NCBI GenBank assembly: GCA_035623825.1
Contig: DASPSR010000024.1
Span: 1 to 64,000 of the forward strand
Direction: 5' to 3'
DNA: 64,000 nucleotides
DNA from: Nitrospirota bacterium
GTDB taxonomy: Bacteria; Nitrospirota; UBA9217
Shown here: in pieces, positions 61,230 to 64,000 of the stretch
Numbering within the stretch: the first letter of the stretch is position 1
Layout: every line of letters begins with the position of its first letter
The notes under the pieces: generated by a model
What the model was told of the DNA's origin: nothing
The model's input: the letters and a program-made list of their open reading frames with translations, nothing else
Databases searched by the model: none
Made by a program: the position numbers and the translations under genes

Positions 61230-62417
61230 TCATGGAAGAGCCGAGCTTGACCATTTAGGAATAGAAGCATATCCCCGTGCGTCGTGCGAGGGCACGGTCT
61301 TAATCTGCGGAAAGCGTGTCACGATTGCACTTAACCGAAGCAAGGACTGTTGAAACGCGACAGGGTCCTCACGGATCGTTTTTGCCTCGAACCACGGTCG
61401 CCCTTCTCGCTCGAGAAGACCCTCGAGCTGCCAGACTAGGTCGCCAACGAACGCGTAGCGGGCGCCGCCTGGCAGGGTGACAAACACCACGACAGAACCC
61501 GGCGTGTGTCCAGGCGCGGGAACGATCACGATAGAGCCATCACCGTACAGATCGTCATATTGGTCAAAACCAAGGTAAGGCCCACGACCAAACGTATATT
61601 CCTGGTACAGTGCTGTTGTCTTCATGCTCCGGGCAGTTTCGGTCGCCCAGCCGCCATCGTCGATGAACCGATGCTCTGCCGCTGTCACAAGCACGGGGAC
61701 ACCGGGAAAGTCGGGGACACCACCTACGTGATCCCAGTGTGCGTGGGTAAGAAGAATGTAACGTAGGTGTTTGCGATCGTACCCTGCGGCATCTAGCTGG
61801 TCGGCGGCCGCCTGCAATTGCACCAGATCGGTTCCGAGTCGAAACAAGAACGGCATCTTTCTAAGCCGCGACGCGCTAGTTCTGCCAAGACCCGTGTCGA
61901 TCAGTACGTCGCCCTCAGGATGCCGTATGACAACCGCTGTCATCACGGAGTCGCGCTTTTCCCAAGGCGAGCCACCACGGTAGGCGAAAGCGGCAGTGCG
62001 GTAAATCACCCCGGTCGGGAGCGCGTAGATCGTCATGGCGGCGGGTGGCGATGCTGGCGGCAACGAGTCGGTCAGAGGCGGGGGCGCTGGGAGCGGCGAG
62101 GCCGCGTATCCGCCAACGAAGATCAAGAATGCAATCTGGGTCATCAGAGCAAGGCCCCCGCTGATCCAATCGCCACGCACGATGATCCAGCCATCGCATA
62201 CGAGGAGGGCCACCGCGAGCGCTATGCCACTTGCCAAAAAGAGCTTGGACGGCCGGCCAATATATAACGCAGTCAGCAGGCCGAGCAGGGCCGGTCCCAG
62301 AACAAGAAAGAGACGCAGGAATGCTACACTCGTAATTGGGGCGAATCCTTCCTGGCCGGTGCTGCATGCAGTCATCACCCCACTGAGGAGACAGACCGCA
62401 AAGGATTTCAACGTCAT
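61230..62417 (-). CDS. Membrane-anchored metallo-beta-lactamase-fold hydrolase (AHL-lactonase-like)
   Basis: THAHWDH, LIDTG, DLYGDGS, GHTPG, VGD, SHD; N-terminal lipobox-like MTAC plus three TMs; start uncertain (62417-62513). Confidence 0.8.
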   Translation of the reverse strand: MTLKSFAVCLLSGVMTACSTGQEGFAPITSVAFLRLFLVLGPALLGLLTALYIGRPSKLFLASGIALAVALLVCDGWIIVRGDWISGGLALMTQIAFLIFVGGYAASPLPAPPPLTDSLPPASPPAAMTIYALPTGVIYRTAAFAYRGGSPWEKRDSVMTAVVIRHPEGDVLIDTGLGRTSASRLRKMPFLFRLGTDLVQLQAAADQLDAAGYDRKHLRYILLTHAHWDHVGGVPDFPGVPVLVTAAEHRFIDDGGWATETARSMKTTALYQEYTFGRGPYLGFDQYDDLYGDGSIVIVPAPGHTPGSVVVFVTLPGGARYAFVGDLVWQLEGLLEREGRPWFEAKTIREDPVAFQQSLLRLSAIVTRFPQIKTVPSHDARGYASIPKWSSSALP

Positions 62418-62620
62418 CTTTGGCAAAGTCGGTAACTTAATGGCGGAGGCAATTAATATCCGGAAATTCTCATTCGCAAAATTTATCCTTCTCATTTCCG
62501 ACCACCTTGTCACGAATCGTCGTCATTTTTAGTTCGCCGGCACAAGTCTCATTGCACGCGGTTAAAAATATAAATGAACAAACCATACGATTCGCTTTAC
62601 TCTCTCACGGGTCCGCAATC

Positions 62621-62733
62621 AATAAAAAAGCCGAGCACGCCAGATGGTCATCCTTCGGCGGCTCGGCTGTCGTAAAATTTGACCCGTGGCTTTCCGTCTC
62701 ATTCTTGTGAACGAGTTGGCTTTATCGGGACAT
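62621..62733 (-). ncRNA. c-di-GMP-I (GEMM) riboswitch with an overlapping intrinsic terminator
   Basis: Minus strand ATGTCCCGATAAAGCCAACTCGTTC-ACAA-GAATGAGACGGAAAGCCACGGGTC..GACAGCCGAGCCGCCGAAGGAT (62649-62733), then GCCGAGC...GCTCGGC-TTTTTT. Confidence 0.85.
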
Positions 62734-63013
62734 TTTAGGATACTTTAGATCCTGTTTCTAATTTATTGATAGCACCACTATGAATGCAAGTCAATAGTGG
62801 GCTGAATAATTTTTGAAGATAGCCAGGTTCGCATTGCATGCTTTTAGGGCATTCTTTCAAATGGATTGGGAAGTATAAGGGTATTTTAAGGATATTTGTA
62901 AATCGTTTATGAAGGATTACTTGTCGATAACTATTAGATGAACTATTGATTGTTGCAGGTAATGAGAACTCAAATCTTTCTGGATGAAGAGCATCCCCGC
63001 TATCCCATGGAAG

Positions 63014-63457
63014 CTATTCTTCCATATACGGTTTCACAAGCGTATCCCATCCCGCTTCGGAACTACAAATCTTGTCCAGCACATAACAGCTGAACATTGT
63101 ATTGTTATACTTATCTCTTTTGAACGTGCCAAGCAAATAGCTATCAGTAAAATTAAAAATTTCTTTTACTGATAAATATCCATATTCGGTATTATTTTCA
63201 ATATTAAGAATAACTAAACATTTATTTAATCCTACATTATAATGACTTTTTAAAGATACCCCCGTTGTCTCCTTTATGTCATTATATATAATTTTAAAAA
63301 AGTGCTCTGCGTTGCTATGACACCATCCTTGCAATTCATAAATTGGATTACTATCAAGTCCGTTATCACCTGCAGTGACATAGTTATCACTGGCTGGAGA
63401 TACAAAAAAAACCAGAAAAATGGTCAGCCCGATTCGTTTAACAAAAATCTTCTTCAT
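63014..63457 (-). CDS. AT-rich secreted hypothetical protein with four Cys
   Basis: ATG 63457 after GGGG; hydrophobic N-terminus; SHYN..LNKCL motif; visibly lower GC than its neighbours. Confidence 0.65.
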   Translation of the reverse strand: MKKIFVKRIGLTIFLVFFVSPASDNYVTAGDNGLDSNPIYELQGWCHSNAEHFFKIIYNDIKETTGVSLKSHYNVGLNKCLVILNIENNTEYGYLSVKEIFNFTDSYLLGTFKRDKYNNTMFSCYVLDKICSSEAGWDTLVKPYMEE

Positions 63458-63671
63458 GCTCTGCCCCTGAAAAACGAAAAGCAAGCAGTACGACCGATTA
63501 TATGATGAGTTTAGAAAGATTTACAAGGGAATTGATGGGGTATTATTGGGGGATATTAACCAATTTTATAACTATAATTTCAGGGCCTATATGATCGATC
63601 CTGTCGCTGATGGAATACGGGGTGTAACGTTCATGGTTGCAAATATCTAGAACTCCAATCTTTCGGGAATT

Positions 63672-64000
63672 TCATTGACGCGACTCTCCCTCGAGCGAAT
63701 CTGCATGCAAAAGCGCCGGGAACAGCCGCATCCAGACTAGAACGACAAGTAGGGTCCCGAGACCGCCGATCAAAACCGCAGGCATGGCCCCGAACCACGC
63801 CGCGGTCACACCTGATTCGAACTCTCCCAGCTGGTTCGAGGTCCCGATGAACATCGAATTCACAGCGCTCACCCGACCCCGCATCTCGTTCGGGGTACCT
63901 ATCTGAACCAGGGACTGGCGGATGACTACACTGATCATGTCCGAAGCTCCGAGAACGACGAGCGAGACGAGCGAGAGAACAAACGAAGTGGAGACGGCGA
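63672..64000 (-). CDS. MFS transporter (MFS_3/EntS-like), 3' part; starts beyond the window
   Basis: DMISVVIRQSLVQIGTPNEMRGRVSAVNSMFIGTSNQLGEFESG. Confidence 0.9.
   Translation of the reverse strand, partial: AVSTSFVLSLVSLVVLGASDMISVVIRQSLVQIGTPNEMRGRVSAVNSMFIGTSNQLGEFESGVTAAWFGAMPAVLIGGLGTLLVVLVWMRLFPALLHADSLEGESRQ

Noticed and set aside
62722-62747. sigma28 promoter overlapping the riboswitch 5' end
   Set aside because: The spacer is 14 rather than 15 nt, and CGATAA is explained by the aptamer itself.

Overview
A 64-kb, gene-dense, mostly minus-strand bacterial accessory region. The host is probably a diderm anaerobe or microaerophile of Nitrospirota or deltaproteobacterial type; this is an inference from gene content and the sigma54/sigma28/c-di-GMP regulation. 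From left to right it contains: a Fur-boxed OprB/MnoP-like porin (truncated by the window edge); a PAS-PAS histidine kinase; a cheA-MCP-cheW-cheR-cheD operon plus a GGDEF gene, bracketed by two 3'-half tRNA-Met(CAT) scars; a YeeE/YedE-DUF2892-CBS operon; an HxlR-CDGSH-SnoaL-ygiD-yceI cluster; an OmpA lipoprotein; a broken dsrC/tusE; a GH13 amylase; a sigma54 operon of receiver, hemerythrin, solute-binding protein, kinase and NtrC-type regulator; TPR, ChaN and vapBC genes; a 13-kb five-gene DUF11 surface-structure operon; a sigma54-driven cysteine/methionine operon led by a sulfite-reductase-TusA fusion; CMD, flavodoxin and ADH genes; a frameshifted lipoprotein; a GNAT-acyl-CoA-synthetase; a c-di-GMP-riboswitch-controlled membrane lactonase; and an MFS gene (truncated). 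The best candidate for an undescribed system is the DUF11 operon (31627-44746). Its subunits carry split DUF11 domains: C-terminal domains lack the final 'GTxIxNTA' strand pair, and that strand pair appears at the mature N-termini of other subunits. The polarity runs lectin tip (acceptor only) -> shaft subunits (donor + acceptor) -> OmpA/beta-barrel anchor (donor only). This suggests a donor-strand-complemented, possibly isopeptide-crosslinked fibre. All calls come from reading the sequence by eye; no searches were run.
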